Below the pieces are notes generated by a model that worked only from the letters and a program-made list of their open reading frames with translations, did no database searches and was not told the DNA's origin. From Turneriella sp. (GTDB lineage Bacteria; Spirochaetota; Leptospiria; Turneriellales; Turneriellaceae): a stretch of 64,000 nt of DNA. Position numbers and translations under genes: made by a program. Below are positions 47,673 through 57,278 of the stretch, piece after piece (the stretch's first letter is position 1; every line of letters starts with the position of its first letter). The stretch lies in NCBI GenBank assembly GCA_965279515.1, contig CBDIID010000003.1, forward strand, positions 3,008,001-3,072,000, given 5' to 3'.

Positions 47673-48752
47673 TTAACGCCGCAACGGCGGCAGTTGCCAG
47701 CGCGCGAAGGCGCGGAGTATCCATTCAGCCGGGCCGGTTGCAAAGTAGCGCAGCCAGAGCGCTGAGCACAGCGCCTCGAAAATAAAGATCAATACCGAAA
47801 CGCCGATGAGCGCGAGTGGGGAGATCCTATTATAGAGCCCCAGGCCGTAGCCGTGGAATAAAAAGCCCGCGATCAGGGATTGCAGCAAATAGTTCGTCAG
47901 CGACATCTGCCCGGCATTGCGGAATATGCTGAGCAGCTTTGCGCCGCGTCTCGTCTGCGCTGCGGTTAGAATACATTGTACATACGCGGCCGATAACACC
48001 GGCGCCGCCAGAGCCAGGGTCAGCATCGCCGATGCCATCAGGTGCTTCAGGTGCAGCGCCGAAGCGGTGGCATAAAAGGCGCTGCCGCCGAGCCCCAGCA
48101 ACGCGAGTAATAATGTGGATTTACCGATTCTGATGCGCGTCAGCAGATTCTCACGCATTGTTATGTAGCCGAGGCAGAACATCGCCAGCGCCGTGGGTAC
48201 ATTGAAGAGTGCGACGAAGCCGAGAGAGAGCGGGTAGACGCGCAGGTTGCTTTGTACGGCTTGGGTATAACCGGCAAGGTAGTTGGTTTTGGGAATGTCG
48301 GGCACCGCTTCAGACATGCGCCCCATGATAAAATAACCGATCGCTGTGAGTACCAGGCAGCAAGCTGCGGTGATGACCAGCGTGCGCGTCGTGCGGCGGC
48401 GCAGCGCCAGAAACACAAAACCCAGCAGCGCATAGCTGGCGAGAATATCGCCCGGAAAAAGCAGAATGGCATGCGCGACGCCGAAGAGCAGCAAGCCCAG
48501 AGAGCGGCGCATCAGCACGCGCGCCGGGGATTTCTCACCGATCAAAAAGAGACCGATGCCGAAGAGGAAAGAGAAGATCGGGAAAATCTTGCCGTCGAAA
48601 AAGCCCGAATTCAGGAATATGCCGAGCTGTGCCCAAACGTCTTTGGGTGGCTGGTAAAAACTTTCCCAGCTGCGTGCGAGCAGCGGCAGGTTGACGATCG
48701 CAATGCCCAGCAGGGCAAAGCCCCTGAGCTCGTCGAGGCCCGTTACGCGCAT
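47673..48752 (-). CDS. DUF418 (YeiB-like) membrane protein
   Basis: LDELRGFALLGI, FSFLFG, GDIL, GQMSLTNYLLQS, GPAEW. Confidence 0.92.
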   Translation of the reverse strand: MRVTGLDELRGFALLGIAIVNLPLLARSWESFYQPPKDVWAQLGIFLNSGFFDGKIFPIFSFLFGIGLFLIGEKSPARVLMRRSLGLLLFGVAHAILLFPGDILASYALLGFVFLALRRRTTRTLVITAACCLVLTAIGYFIMGRMSEAVPDIPKTNYLAGYTQAVQSNLRVYPLSLGFVALFNVPTALAMFCLGYITMRENLLTRIRIGKSTLLLALLGLGGSAFYATASALHLKHLMASAMLTLALAAPVLSAAYVQCILTAAQTRRGAKLLSIFRNAGQMSLTNYLLQSLIAGFLFHGYGLGLYNRISPLALIGVSVLIFIFEALCSALWLRYFATGPAEWILRAFARWQLPPLRR

Positions 48753-48765
48753 CGGTAAAACCGCG

Positions 48766-50004
48766 TCAGCGCGGGGTAGTATTCTCGGGCACCATGCGGT
48801 GGATAAAATACATCATAAAAATCGTGATCGCCATGGCGGCCACAACGACATAACCTAAAATATCGTAATTGGCGAGCGCGCCGCCGGGCAGCTTGACGAC
48901 GATGAGGCCGGCAATCGCCGCCGAGATACCGCCTGAGATCTGCTGCATCGCGGAACTCACACCCATGTAGGCGCCGCGGTCTTGCGGTGCGGGCACGCCG
49001 CTGATCAGTGTCGTCGCGCCGACAATACGCGCCGTTACGAAGATGAAGAGCAGCGCCGAGATGAATGTGATCATCGACAGCGAGGCCGAGGTGAGCTGGG
49101 TATAGATGATCGCCACAACCATCGCGCACAAGGAACCTATCGTGAAGAGCTGGTACTTGCCGAATTTATCGGCGATTCTGCCGGCGAGCGGGCCCGCAAT
49201 CAGTGCGGCGATGCCGGTGATGGTATAGATGACCGGCAGGTCTTTGGTGTCGACCTTGAGGTTACCGGCGAGAAAGGCGCTGCCAAAGGGCATCAGCATG
49301 AAGCCGCCGGTGGCCAGCAATGTCGTGGCCGCAAAACCGCGTACATAACGCGGGTTCGATGCGGTTTGGATCAGGTGCTGAAAGGCATTGCGTTCTGATT
49401 TAAGCTTGAGGTGCGCGTCGACCGGGCGCATCTTGAAGAGAATGACGAGACCGACCGGCGCTGCGACGCCGACGATCATCAGGAAAGACGAGTGCCAGCC
49501 GAAATGTTCGGCGAAATAAAGACCGAGCGGAATGCCGAGCACCTGGCTGGAAGCAAACGCCATCTGTACAAAGCCCATCACGCGGCCCCTGACCTGCATC
49601 GGAAAGAGGTCGGTAATAATTGCCGAGCCGATGGAATTTAAAACGCCGCCGAAGATGCCGGTGACAATCCGCGCTGCGAGCAGCAGATGGTAGGTCGGTG
49701 CCAGGCCGCAGAAAAGCGTGCCCGCCATAAAACCCGTGTAAAAAAACAGCAGCATCTTCTTGCGGTCGAATTTATCGGCGAAACCCGCGGCGAGAATGCC
49801 CGAGAGCCCGGCGCTGAAGGCATAGGCCGAGACCACCCAGCCGAACTGCGACGGTTCGATTTTCAGCGAGGGCATGAGAAAGGCGCCGAGCGGCGAGAGC
49901 ACCATGAAGTCGAGAATGACGGTGAACTGCAGAAAGGTGAGCATGGCGATGACGAATTTCTCATAGCCGGTGAAGGTCGGTTTTTGTGCTGCGGAGGCGT
50001 CCAT
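48766..50004 (-). CDS. MFS transporter
   Basis: ADKFDRKK loop motif, RGRVMG, about 12 TM helices. Confidence 0.93.
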   Translation of the reverse strand: MDASAAQKPTFTGYEKFVIAMLTFLQFTVILDFMVLSPLGAFLMPSLKIEPSQFGWVVSAYAFSAGLSGILAAGFADKFDRKKMLLFFYTGFMAGTLFCGLAPTYHLLLAARIVTGIFGGVLNSIGSAIITDLFPMQVRGRVMGFVQMAFASSQVLGIPLGLYFAEHFGWHSSFLMIVGVAAPVGLVILFKMRPVDAHLKLKSERNAFQHLIQTASNPRYVRGFAATTLLATGGFMLMPFGSAFLAGNLKVDTKDLPVIYTITGIAALIAGPLAGRIADKFGKYQLFTIGSLCAMVVAIIYTQLTSASLSMITFISALLFIFVTARIVGATTLISGVPAPQDRGAYMGVSSAMQQISGGISAAIAGLIVVKLPGGALANYDILGYVVVAAMAITIFMMYFIHRMVPENTTPR

Positions 50005-50084
50005 ACAGGAGCAAGCGGAGGCCGGAACAGAGCGTAACGTATTTTCGGTTGCCGCAGAGAGGCGTAAAATACAGAGTTGTAGCA

Positions 50085-50492
50085 ATGCAGCTCATTCAGG
50101 CCGCCTTCTCGCTGCCCGTCGCCGACCCGCAGCGCAGCCACAAATTCTACACACGCGTATTCAGCGCAGACCTTGTGGCGCTGGATGACAATACTGTCAG
50201 CATACAGCTACCCGGGGTCAGTGTCTTTTTCATCGAACGCGAAGAGTTCAACCTGCTGCTCAAACCCGCCGAAGTCGAAGCCGATTTCGCCACAGAAAAA
50301 TTCACCTCGATGCTGAGCGCCACCGTCACCACACGCGACGAAGCCTACGCCGTTCTAAAGGCAGCGGTTGAGGGTGGTGGGAGCGCCTGCGGCCAGGCGG
50401 TGCACTACCCCTGGGGCATGGCGGCGTATTTTAAAGACCCGGACGGGCATCTTTGGGAGATTCTGTGGAGGGATCCGAAGTTCAGAGAATAG
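50085..50492 (+). CDS. VOC/glyoxalase-family protein
   Basis: SLPVAD..S.KFY and YFKDPDGHLWEI. Confidence 0.9.
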   Translation: MQLIQAAFSLPVADPQRSHKFYTRVFSADLVALDDNTVSIQLPGVSVFFIEREEFNLLLKPAEVEADFATEKFTSMLSATVTTRDEAYAVLKAAVEGGGSACGQAVHYPWGMAAYFKDPDGHLWEILWRDPKFRE

Positions 50493-50493
50493 G

Positions 50494-51449
50494 TGTTGTG
50501 CGAAATGCAATATGGACATAATTGATTTACTCAAAGAAATAAGCGATTCAGCTTCAAAGAATTTGCTGAACAATCTTCATTTTATACAGCATAATCTCTG
50601 CGCTCAATCTCTAGCTACGAAAACGTGGTCAAACTATTTACAGGCCAAAATTGAACATAAAGAACTTAATTGGACGGCGGATTATATCAAAGAAGTAGAA
50701 GATTATCGAGACGCCTCTAAAAACATATCTGCCGAAGAGGTTGTGAATGTACTCAACCATACAATCTTCATCAGTAGCTATCAAATCTTTGAGCTTGGAA
50801 TCTCGAAAGTCATAACTCAGCTGTTGCAGTTTTTTCCTGGGATTTTTGAAAAGTGCTACGGGCAGATTTCGATTGATGCAAAGCTCTTTCGAACGAGCGA
50901 AAGCGTAGACGAACTAAAGGGTATTGCTATCGCACGGATAATGAAGGATCATATGCAGGCCGGTAACATTAGCAATATCCTCTCTAAGGATTTTCAGAAA
51001 ATTTTTGGACTAAATTTAATGCTGAAATCTACTGATCTTCAGGAGCTATACTTGATCTCAAGATTGCGAAATATAGCAGTTCACAATAATTCTCACGTTA
51101 ATCATATCATACTTTCAGAGTTAAAAAGGGCCGGGATTGCTCATTCTTTCAAAGAGGGTGAAAGCATTCATAATTTCTTGCAAGAGAAGGCTGGTGACTA
51201 TGTGATATACTTGGAAGAGTTATTCGGAAAAATTATTGCGCAAATATGTAATGAGATTAAGCAAATCAGACAATACGACATAGCCTTACAGGAATAGCCA
51301 TATTGCACTTCGCACAACAGAATTTACCCGCTGCGCGCGCGACCACTTCGTTGGGTCGCGTGCTCGGCCCTACGCGCCAGAAGATCGCGGACAAAGCACA
51401 AGCGGGACGCTCGTTTTGTGCTTTCCCGCGGGCCGAGCCGTAGGCGGGT
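50494..51449 (+). mobile_element. Solitary integron-like gene cassette with attC-like hairpin
   Basis: GTTGTGC core at 50495 and GCACAAC inverse core at 51312 lie within a 22-bp inverted repeat (1 mismatch) hugging the ORF; a ~140-bp branched palindrome follows. Confidence 0.65.
50512..51297 (+). CDS. HEPN-like domain protein
   Basis: AT-rich helical ORF with an N-proximal Glu (SYQIFE) and RNIAVH (RxxxxH) motif. Confidence 0.7.
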   Translation: MDIIDLLKEISDSASKNLLNNLHFIQHNLCAQSLATKTWSNYLQAKIEHKELNWTADYIKEVEDYRDASKNISAEEVVNVLNHTIFISSYQIFELGISKVITQLLQFFPGIFEKCYGQISIDAKLFRTSESVDELKGIAIARIMKDHMQAGNISNILSKDFQKIFGLNLMLKSTDLQELYLISRLRNIAVHNNSHVNHIILSELKRAGIAHSFKEGESIHNFLQEKAGDYVIYLEELFGKIIAQICNEIKQIRQYDIALQE

Positions 51450-51598
51450 CTCTGCTTGCAGTGGCGCTCCGGTCAGATTGAGTGACGGAAAATGGCCATA
51501 GAGAATACAAAGTTGAGCGAAGCGTCAGTCAACCCCATCTAAATTCCACGTACTCAGCAATATCAGCCCACTTTTCACTTTTCTGGATATTTTATCGC

Positions 51599-51617
51599 CA
51601 CCACATAAAATGTGGTG
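51599..51617. promoter_or_regulatory. Probable TA operator
   Basis: Perfect inverted repeat caccacat-aaa-atgtggtg 12 bp before the toxin remnant. Confidence 0.65.
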
Positions 51618-51629
51618 TATATTTGGCCT

Positions 51630-51913
51630 GTGACTCGAACGTTTGTTCGGACCAAGCTTTTTGATAAGCAAGCTGCTGGAGCCGGTCTGACGGAACGCAT
51701 ATTACATCGAATATTTGGAAAACCCGATGGTCTCTAGATGGTAAAGGCAAGAGTGGCGGCGTAAGAATTTACTATTTTGACTACATTGAGATTAGCCACA
51801 CGTTCTTGCTTTTGACTTATCCAAAGTCGGAGAAGGATAACTTGAGCAAAGCTGAGATTCACGAGTTAGCTAAATTTGTGAAGGAGATTAAGAATGAGTA
51901 CAGTATTCAATGA
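51630..51913 (+). pseudogene. Disrupted RelE/HigB-like toxin
   Basis: GTG-TRTFVRTKLF start; YLENP in another frame; the usual GTGGxRKxR segment is missing; then GKGKSGGVRIYYF..LTYPKSEKDNL..; overlaps the antitoxin start. Confidence 0.8.
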
Positions 51914-52214
51914 CTTAAAATCCAGTCTCTCTGAGGTTAAGGATTTTGTAGCGGGCAAAGCGCAGCTCAAGAAAAGAGTATTGTCCATAAGGCCCGTGCC
52001 ACACTATAAAGCAAAGGACATAGTTAGAATACGTAATAAGATTGGGGCTCCTCAAGTTGTTTTTGCTGAAATCTTAGGTACGCATCGTAGAACCATTGAA
52101 GCGTGGGAAAGTGGCCAAAATTCACCAAGTGGTGCGGCCGCCCGATTGTTACAAATTTTAGACGAAAAAACAGATATGGCGGAGAACTACTTATACGGGA
52201 CTCGCACGAATTGA
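51894..52214 (+). CDS. XRE-HTH (HigA-like) antitoxin
   Basis: IRNKIGAPQVVFAEILG..TIEAWESG..PSGAAARLL. Confidence 0.9.
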   Translation: MSTVFNDLKSSLSEVKDFVAGKAQLKKRVLSIRPVPHYKAKDIVRIRNKIGAPQVVFAEILGTHRRTIEAWESGQNSPSGAAARLLQILDEKTDMAENYLYGTRTN

Positions 52215-52389
52215 CGTTGTTACTGCCGACAATAAATTTTTCGCGCAGCGCTGCGTGCTCTTCTTAGGCCTCTTTCTTCGGTGCGGCTGCGGCCAGCTTT
52301 CTTGACGCGAATCGGCTTTACAGATTGATTTAGCGATCTAAGCGTCAAAAACGTCAGCGTAAAATTCACCTTCGCCAAAAACAATAAGA

Positions 52390-53100
52390 ATGAAAAAAAA
52401 ATATTGCATCCTGTTTTTACTCGCCTTTGGCATTGCCAGCAAAGGAAATTCCGTGAAACCCGCCGCCACGGAACAATATTATGTGATGACAACCTCGGGT
52501 CTGAACCTGCGGCTTGCACCCGATAAGCGCGCACAGGTGATCAGCACCATTCCGTTTGGAACGAAAGTTTCGACGTTAAAATGGGCAGAGCTTGAAGCTT
52601 CGCCCAAAACCGAAGTTGTCAACGGCTTAAAAGGCAGTTGGGCGCCTGTAACATATGACAACAAGGTGGGTTATGTGTTCTCCGGATATCTCTCACGAAT
52701 GCCCGCGCCGAAACCCGGGCGCTGTGCCATCGATGCGTATTTTGATGATAATTACGGGATATCCAAACCGGATGTGGAAGAGATGAACGTACGCTCTGAC
52801 GAAGCAAAGAGTTTCGGCAATGAATTGAAGAACTTTAAGAGAATTCGGCGGACGTATCGTCAAAATATAGTTCTGATCCAGGAAGGAGCCGACGATTTTT
52901 GGCTTCAAACCTACACCTTCAAGGATAGGACAATCCAGGAATTGTATCTTTTCGGGAGTGCCTGCATGAAGCCATCCACGCCAATCTTCCAATTGGACGA
53001 AAAAAAATCCATGCAGGTATATGGTCAGGGACCTTGCAGTTTGAGAATCTTTTTGGATAGGAATGAATCCCCGACTTTAGAATGGTCTTGTAGTGGTTAG
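52390..53100 (+). CDS. Exported SH3-domain protein
   Basis: SGLNLRLAPD..IPFGTKV..W..V..GYVFSGYL. Confidence 0.85.
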   Translation: MKKKYCILFLLAFGIASKGNSVKPAATEQYYVMTTSGLNLRLAPDKRAQVISTIPFGTKVSTLKWAELEASPKTEVVNGLKGSWAPVTYDNKVGYVFSGYLSRMPAPKPGRCAIDAYFDDNYGISKPDVEEMNVRSDEAKSFGNELKNFKRIRRTYRQNIVLIQEGADDFWLQTYTFKDRTIQELYLFGSACMKPSTPIFQLDEKKSMQVYGQGPCSLRIFLDRNESPTLEWSCSG

Positions 53101-53379
53101 AGGCCAAGCTTCGCCACTGCTCATTATTTCGCCCCATAAATTTTACAGGCTGCGCCATGCCAGCGCGGTAGTTCCACCGAAGAGGTTCATGCGTACGTTA
53201 GTTCTAAAGGCAAAATCGGCTTATTTGGCAGGTCCTTCGTTTGATCTGGATGCGCCCTATCAAAGCACATAGGCATTAAGTACATCTGCAGGCGATCAGA
53301 GAGCTGAATTTGTTTACAAGAGCCGCAGCATAATAACAGCGCCCACGCTGTTTTGGACCAGATAAAAAGGAGTTCAAAT

Positions 53380-53826
53380 ATGCACAAATTGGCTAAAAAC
53401 AGGATTATTGTTGAAAAAGGTGTAGATGAGGTGTTTAACTACGCCGCAAACCTGGAGAATTTTTCCGCATGGTTTCCCGGGGTTGTATCCATCACATCGG
53501 CGAATAATTTAAAATTTATGGAGAAGGGAAAAAAATACCGGGAAAATTTCTCTTCGTTGGGTTCCCAAAAGAAGGTGATCATAGAAGTCAAACATTGCTC
53601 TATGAGGGAGCAGCTCATTACGGAATCAGAGTTCTTACCCATACTCCCACGTATGGAAATAGCCTTTCAGAAACTTGACGTGAACCGGACTGAGGTCATT
53701 TGGTCCATGTTCAGCAGAAATAGTCGTCTTCCCTGGTTGCTTTTCTTACCGTTGGCAAAATGGATAATGCACAGCAGGTCGAAAAAGGGGTTGAGGCGAT
53801 TAAAGGAAATTATGGCCGGGGCCTGA
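53380..53826 (+). CDS. SRPBCC-family protein
   Basis: VFNYAANLENFSAWFPGV; C-terminal helix LRRLKEIM. Confidence 0.85.
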   Translation: MHKLAKNRIIVEKGVDEVFNYAANLENFSAWFPGVVSITSANNLKFMEKGKKYRENFSSLGSQKKVIIEVKHCSMREQLITESEFLPILPRMEIAFQKLDVNRTEVIWSMFSRNSRLPWLLFLPLAKWIMHSRSKKGLRRLKEIMAGA

Positions 53827-53989
53827 ATTTTCTCCGCAGTTGATTAGCCGCAATCAATACATTCGCTCGGTCATTCGTGACCGGGCGAATATACCCGGTA
53901 AGGTTATATGGAAATATTTACGAGCCGCGAGCCGGCACGACCACATTGTATGACATTGTCGCCGGTCTCATCTCGCCGATACGGAACAT

Positions 53990-54799
53990 CTAATTTAGCG
54001 CCGGGCGGGAATTCACCAGGTACAGAATTAAAAAGTAACCTATGCAGAGATCGGCCACAACATGAGCGATATAGGGCGCAAGAATTCCTTTTGTGCGCCA
54101 CCGCAAATAACCCAGCATAAGTCCATAGATTAACACCATGCCGTAGCCCATGAAGCCGTTGGGAAACCCCGAGGCAAAATGGATTGCCGCAAAGGCCGAG
54201 CCTTGAAGTAGAAAAACCAAAGGTTGGGCCGCAAACGTGTTGCTTAAAGATTCCTGGAGGATTCCACGATACACGACTTCTTCAGCAAAGGCGTTGACAA
54301 ACGCAAATGCGGGTATCGCCAGCGCTAAGACAATCCATAAGGGGTATGTTAAGAATGCCTGCCCCATGTTAAGCCCTATCCCCAGATTATTTGTCCAAAA
54401 TCCCCAAATCAGGAGCGCGGCTGTCGATAATATTCCCGTTAATACAATGAAGATTAGTGAAGGCGAATCGATATTTCCTTTCTTAAGCCATCCTACCGGG
54501 GAATTCGGGGACCTAAACAAAAACAAGAGGCCGATTGTGACCGCAAACGGTAGCAGAAAGGGTAAAGCCGGAAGACTCTTGAGAATGGTTGGCGCTGCCA
54601 ACCAGTAAGTATTTAGCAGACAGAAAAGTAAAGCTGTCGGCAAAATATTCCACGCTTTCCAAAAGACAGCGATGAGAGTTATGCAGAAAAAGGCGATGGA
54701 CCCCAGTCCCGGATATTGCCCGATCGCAACCACATGGGCGAGAACAACGCAAACAACCATGCCTGCTTTCTCAAAAGAAGCTTTAGACCAAGTGATCAT
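53990..54799 (-). CDS. CPBP (CAAX/Abi) intramembrane metalloprotease (start uncertain, alternative 54841)
   Basis: EEVVYRG, FAAIH, AHVVAD motifs. Confidence 0.88.
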   Translation of the reverse strand: MITWSKASFEKAGMVVCVVLAHVVAIGQYPGLGSIAFFCITLIAVFWKAWNILPTALLFCLLNTYWLAAPTILKSLPALPFLLPFAVTIGLLFLFRSPNSPVGWLKKGNIDSPSLIFIVLTGILSTAALLIWGFWTNNLGIGLNMGQAFLTYPLWIVLALAIPAFAFVNAFAEEVVYRGILQESLSNTFAAQPLVFLLQGSAFAAIHFASGFPNGFMGYGMVLIYGLMLGYLRWRTKGILAPYIAHVVADLCIGYFLILYLVNSRPALN

Positions 54800-54998
54800 C
54801 TTTGTTTCCAGATGGTCACACGAAGGGCAGAGCTTTGCCATGTCAACTTTTAGGCGGCGGATATCCCTATGAGGCGTGGAGAAAACACGCTTCAAAGATT
54901 TTTCTGCTTTGACGCGGCACGCACGGCAGGCGCATTTGGCCCGCCGCGCCTTAAACCTCGGGAGAATCCTGTATTGCCGACCAGACGCGCTTACTCTT

Positions 54999-55430
54999 AT
55001 GAATATCTTACCATATAACAATCATGCCCACCGCGCGATGGTAATCTCACTATGGAACGAGGTGTTTAACTATAGTTCTCCGCAAAGTAAACCCGAATTG
55101 ATAATAGATAAGAAGATCCATATAAAAGACGGGTTATTCTTCGTCATGATAGATGGGTCTGACGTAACCGGCACAATCCTGGCTGGATATGACGGTCACA
55201 GAGGATGGCTGTATTCTCTCTGCGTCGCCGCAAAATCTCAAAAAAAAGGCGTTGGCACGGCACTGGTAGAGCATGCGGAGGCGGCATTAATAAAATTAGG
55301 CTGCGTTAAGATCAACCTCCAGATCGTGTCAGACAATGCCGAAGTGGTTGGTTTTTACGAAAAGCGTGGCTATAAAACAGAACCTCGCATAAGCATGGGA
55401 AAACTGATCACAGGTAATTTATCGAAATAA
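54999..55430 (+). CDS. GNAT acetyltransferase (YpeA-like)
   Basis: AGYDGHRGWLYSL, GCVKINLQI, FYEKRGY. Confidence 0.92.
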   Translation: MNILPYNNHAHRAMVISLWNEVFNYSSPQSKPELIIDKKIHIKDGLFFVMIDGSDVTGTILAGYDGHRGWLYSLCVAAKSQKKGVGTALVEHAEAALIKLGCVKINLQIVSDNAEVVGFYEKRGYKTEPRISMGKLITGNLSK

Positions 55431-55440
55431 CGCGCCGATG

Positions 55441-56394
55441 CTAATACCGATCGCCCGCAACCCCTTGGTGAATCAACGCTTCCAGACGCTCCAGATGCGC
55501 CGTGCTGAGAGTGATGTCTTGTGCCCGCCAGTTTTCTTCCAGGCGTTCGGTTTTTCGTGTGCCTGGTATTACGGCAAGCTGAGCGTCGCGTGACAGAAGC
55601 CAGGCCAGCGAGACCTGGGCCGCTGTAGCCCCGATGTCTTTTGCCACCTCGTCCACGAGAGCCGTCAGTTGGCTGTTCTTTGCCATTGCCTCTTCGCTAA
55701 ACCGCGGATTCGTCAGTCTCCAGTCTCCGGGAGTAAGATCGCTTTGCGACCGGATTTGCCCGGATAAGTAACCGCGCCCCAGAGGACTATAAGCAACAAA
55801 TCCGATGCCCAGTCGCCTGATCGTCGGTAAGATTTCGGTCTCAACTTCCCGCGACCATAAAGAGTACTCGGTCTGCAGTGCGCTTATGGGATGGACCCCG
55901 TGGGCGCGCGCAATGGTTTCCGGTTCCGCTTCGGATAGACCAATGTGGCGCACCTTCCCTGCCTTGACGAGTTCGGCCATAGCACCTACGGTCTCCTCGA
56001 TGGGTGTCTTGGGATCTACACGGTGCTGGTAGTACAGGTCGATGTAGTCGGTTCTTAGACGCTTGAGTGAAGCATCGCAACTCGCCTTTACATAGTCCTT
56101 GCTTCCGTTAATCCCTTGCCAGCTGCCATCCTCACCCCGGGAGATGCCGAACTTAGTCGCCAGGATAATCTGATCACGCCGCCCCTGAAGTGCTTTCGAG
56201 AGTAACACTTCATTGGTGAATGGGCCATACATGTCGGATGTATCCCAGAATGTGCAGCCCATAGCCACCGCGCGATCCAGGACGCGAAGATTTTCGGTTT
56301 CCGAAGAGGCGCCATAAAATTCCGACATCCCCATACAGCCCAAACCTACGGCGGGAACGCGCAGGCCCTGTGTTCCAAGACTAACCTGTTTCAT
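55441..56394 (-). CDS. Aldo/keto reductase
   Basis: GLGCMGMS, DTSDMYG, ATKFG, DLYYQHR, IGLSE, YSPLGRG, IPGT. Confidence 0.95.
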   Translation of the reverse strand: MKQVSLGTQGLRVPAVGLGCMGMSEFYGASSETENLRVLDRAVAMGCTFWDTSDMYGPFTNEVLLSKALQGRRDQIILATKFGISRGEDGSWQGINGSKDYVKASCDASLKRLRTDYIDLYYQHRVDPKTPIEETVGAMAELVKAGKVRHIGLSEAEPETIARAHGVHPISALQTEYSLWSREVETEILPTIRRLGIGFVAYSPLGRGYLSGQIRSQSDLTPGDWRLTNPRFSEEAMAKNSQLTALVDEVAKDIGATAAQVSLAWLLSRDAQLAVIPGTRKTERLEENWRAQDITLSTAHLERLEALIHQGVAGDRY

Positions 56395-56415
56395 ACGATG
56401 TTACTCCCCGTCTGA

Positions 56416-57168
56416 TTAAGACAGCGTGCCGCCCGAGGCTTCGATGCGTTGTGCATTGACCCAGCGCGCATCTTCGGAAAGCAGCGATGCAACGAGGGGA
56501 CCAATATCGTCGGGAACGCCGGCGCGTCCCAAGTTGGTGATCGAAGAGATCATCTTGTTGAGCTCGGCGTTATCGCGTACTGCCCCGCCGCCAAAGTCGG
56601 TTTCGATCGCTCCGGGCGCCAGAGTATTGGCGGTAATGCCGCGCGCACCCAATTCTTTTGCCAGGTAGCGCGTGAACACCTCTACGCCGCCCTTCATCGT
56701 CGCGTAGGCTGCATAGCCCGGAAATGTAAAGCGTGTGAGGCCGGTAGAAATATTCAGAATTTTTCCCTTGTCGTTCATCAGAGGCAAGAGCTTCTGCGTC
56801 AGAAAGAATGGCCCCTTCAGGTGCGTACTCACCATTTGATCGAATTGCTCTTCAGTCGTATCCTGGAATGCCGCATGGACACCAAAACCGGCGTTATTTA
56901 CCAGAAAATCGAATTTCTCCTGACCCCATTTCTGCTTCAAGAGCCTGTGCACTTCGCCGGCAAAATCCGAGAAGGACGCCATGTGCGTCACATCGAGTTT
57001 TAGTGCCGCTGCTTTTCCGCCCGATTTTTCAATTTCAGCCACCACCTGCGCGGCGTCGCCGTGCTGCTTGTGGTAAGTTACAATCACACCCACGCCTCTT
57101 TTGCCGGTGTGGATTGCCGCACTTTTGCCTAATCCCCGGCTACCACCCGTAATTATCGCTATTTTCAT
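56416..57168 (-). CDS. SDR oxidoreductase
   Basis: TGGSRGLG, NNAG, YATMK. Confidence 0.95.
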   Translation of the reverse strand: MKIAIITGGSRGLGKSAAIHTGKRGVGVIVTYHKQHGDAAQVVAEIEKSGGKAAALKLDVTHMASFSDFAGEVHRLLKQKWGQEKFDFLVNNAGFGVHAAFQDTTEEQFDQMVSTHLKGPFFLTQKLLPLMNDKGKILNISTGLTRFTFPGYAAYATMKGGVEVFTRYLAKELGARGITANTLAPGAIETDFGGGAVRDNAELNKMISSITNLGRAGVPDDIGPLVASLLSEDARWVNAQRIEASGGTLS

Positions 57169-57278
57169 ACTATATCTCCTATTCCCGACTCGCTCAATGT
57201 AGTTCGATTATAGTTTAATAAAGTTAAACAAATTAAGCAATTTTAATTCACTGTTCATTTTATATAAATAATTAAAAT

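Noticed and set aside
52220..52300. Second attC site after the HTH antitoxin (ccgacaat..gcgcagcgctgcg)
   Set aside because: Only faint resemblance: the core reads AAT not AAC, there is no matching 5' core upstream of the toxin, and no full hairpin.
53860..53891. Strong hairpin attcgctcggtca-ttcg-tgaccgggcgaat
   Set aside because: Lies between convergent genes and is most simply a terminator-like hairpin.
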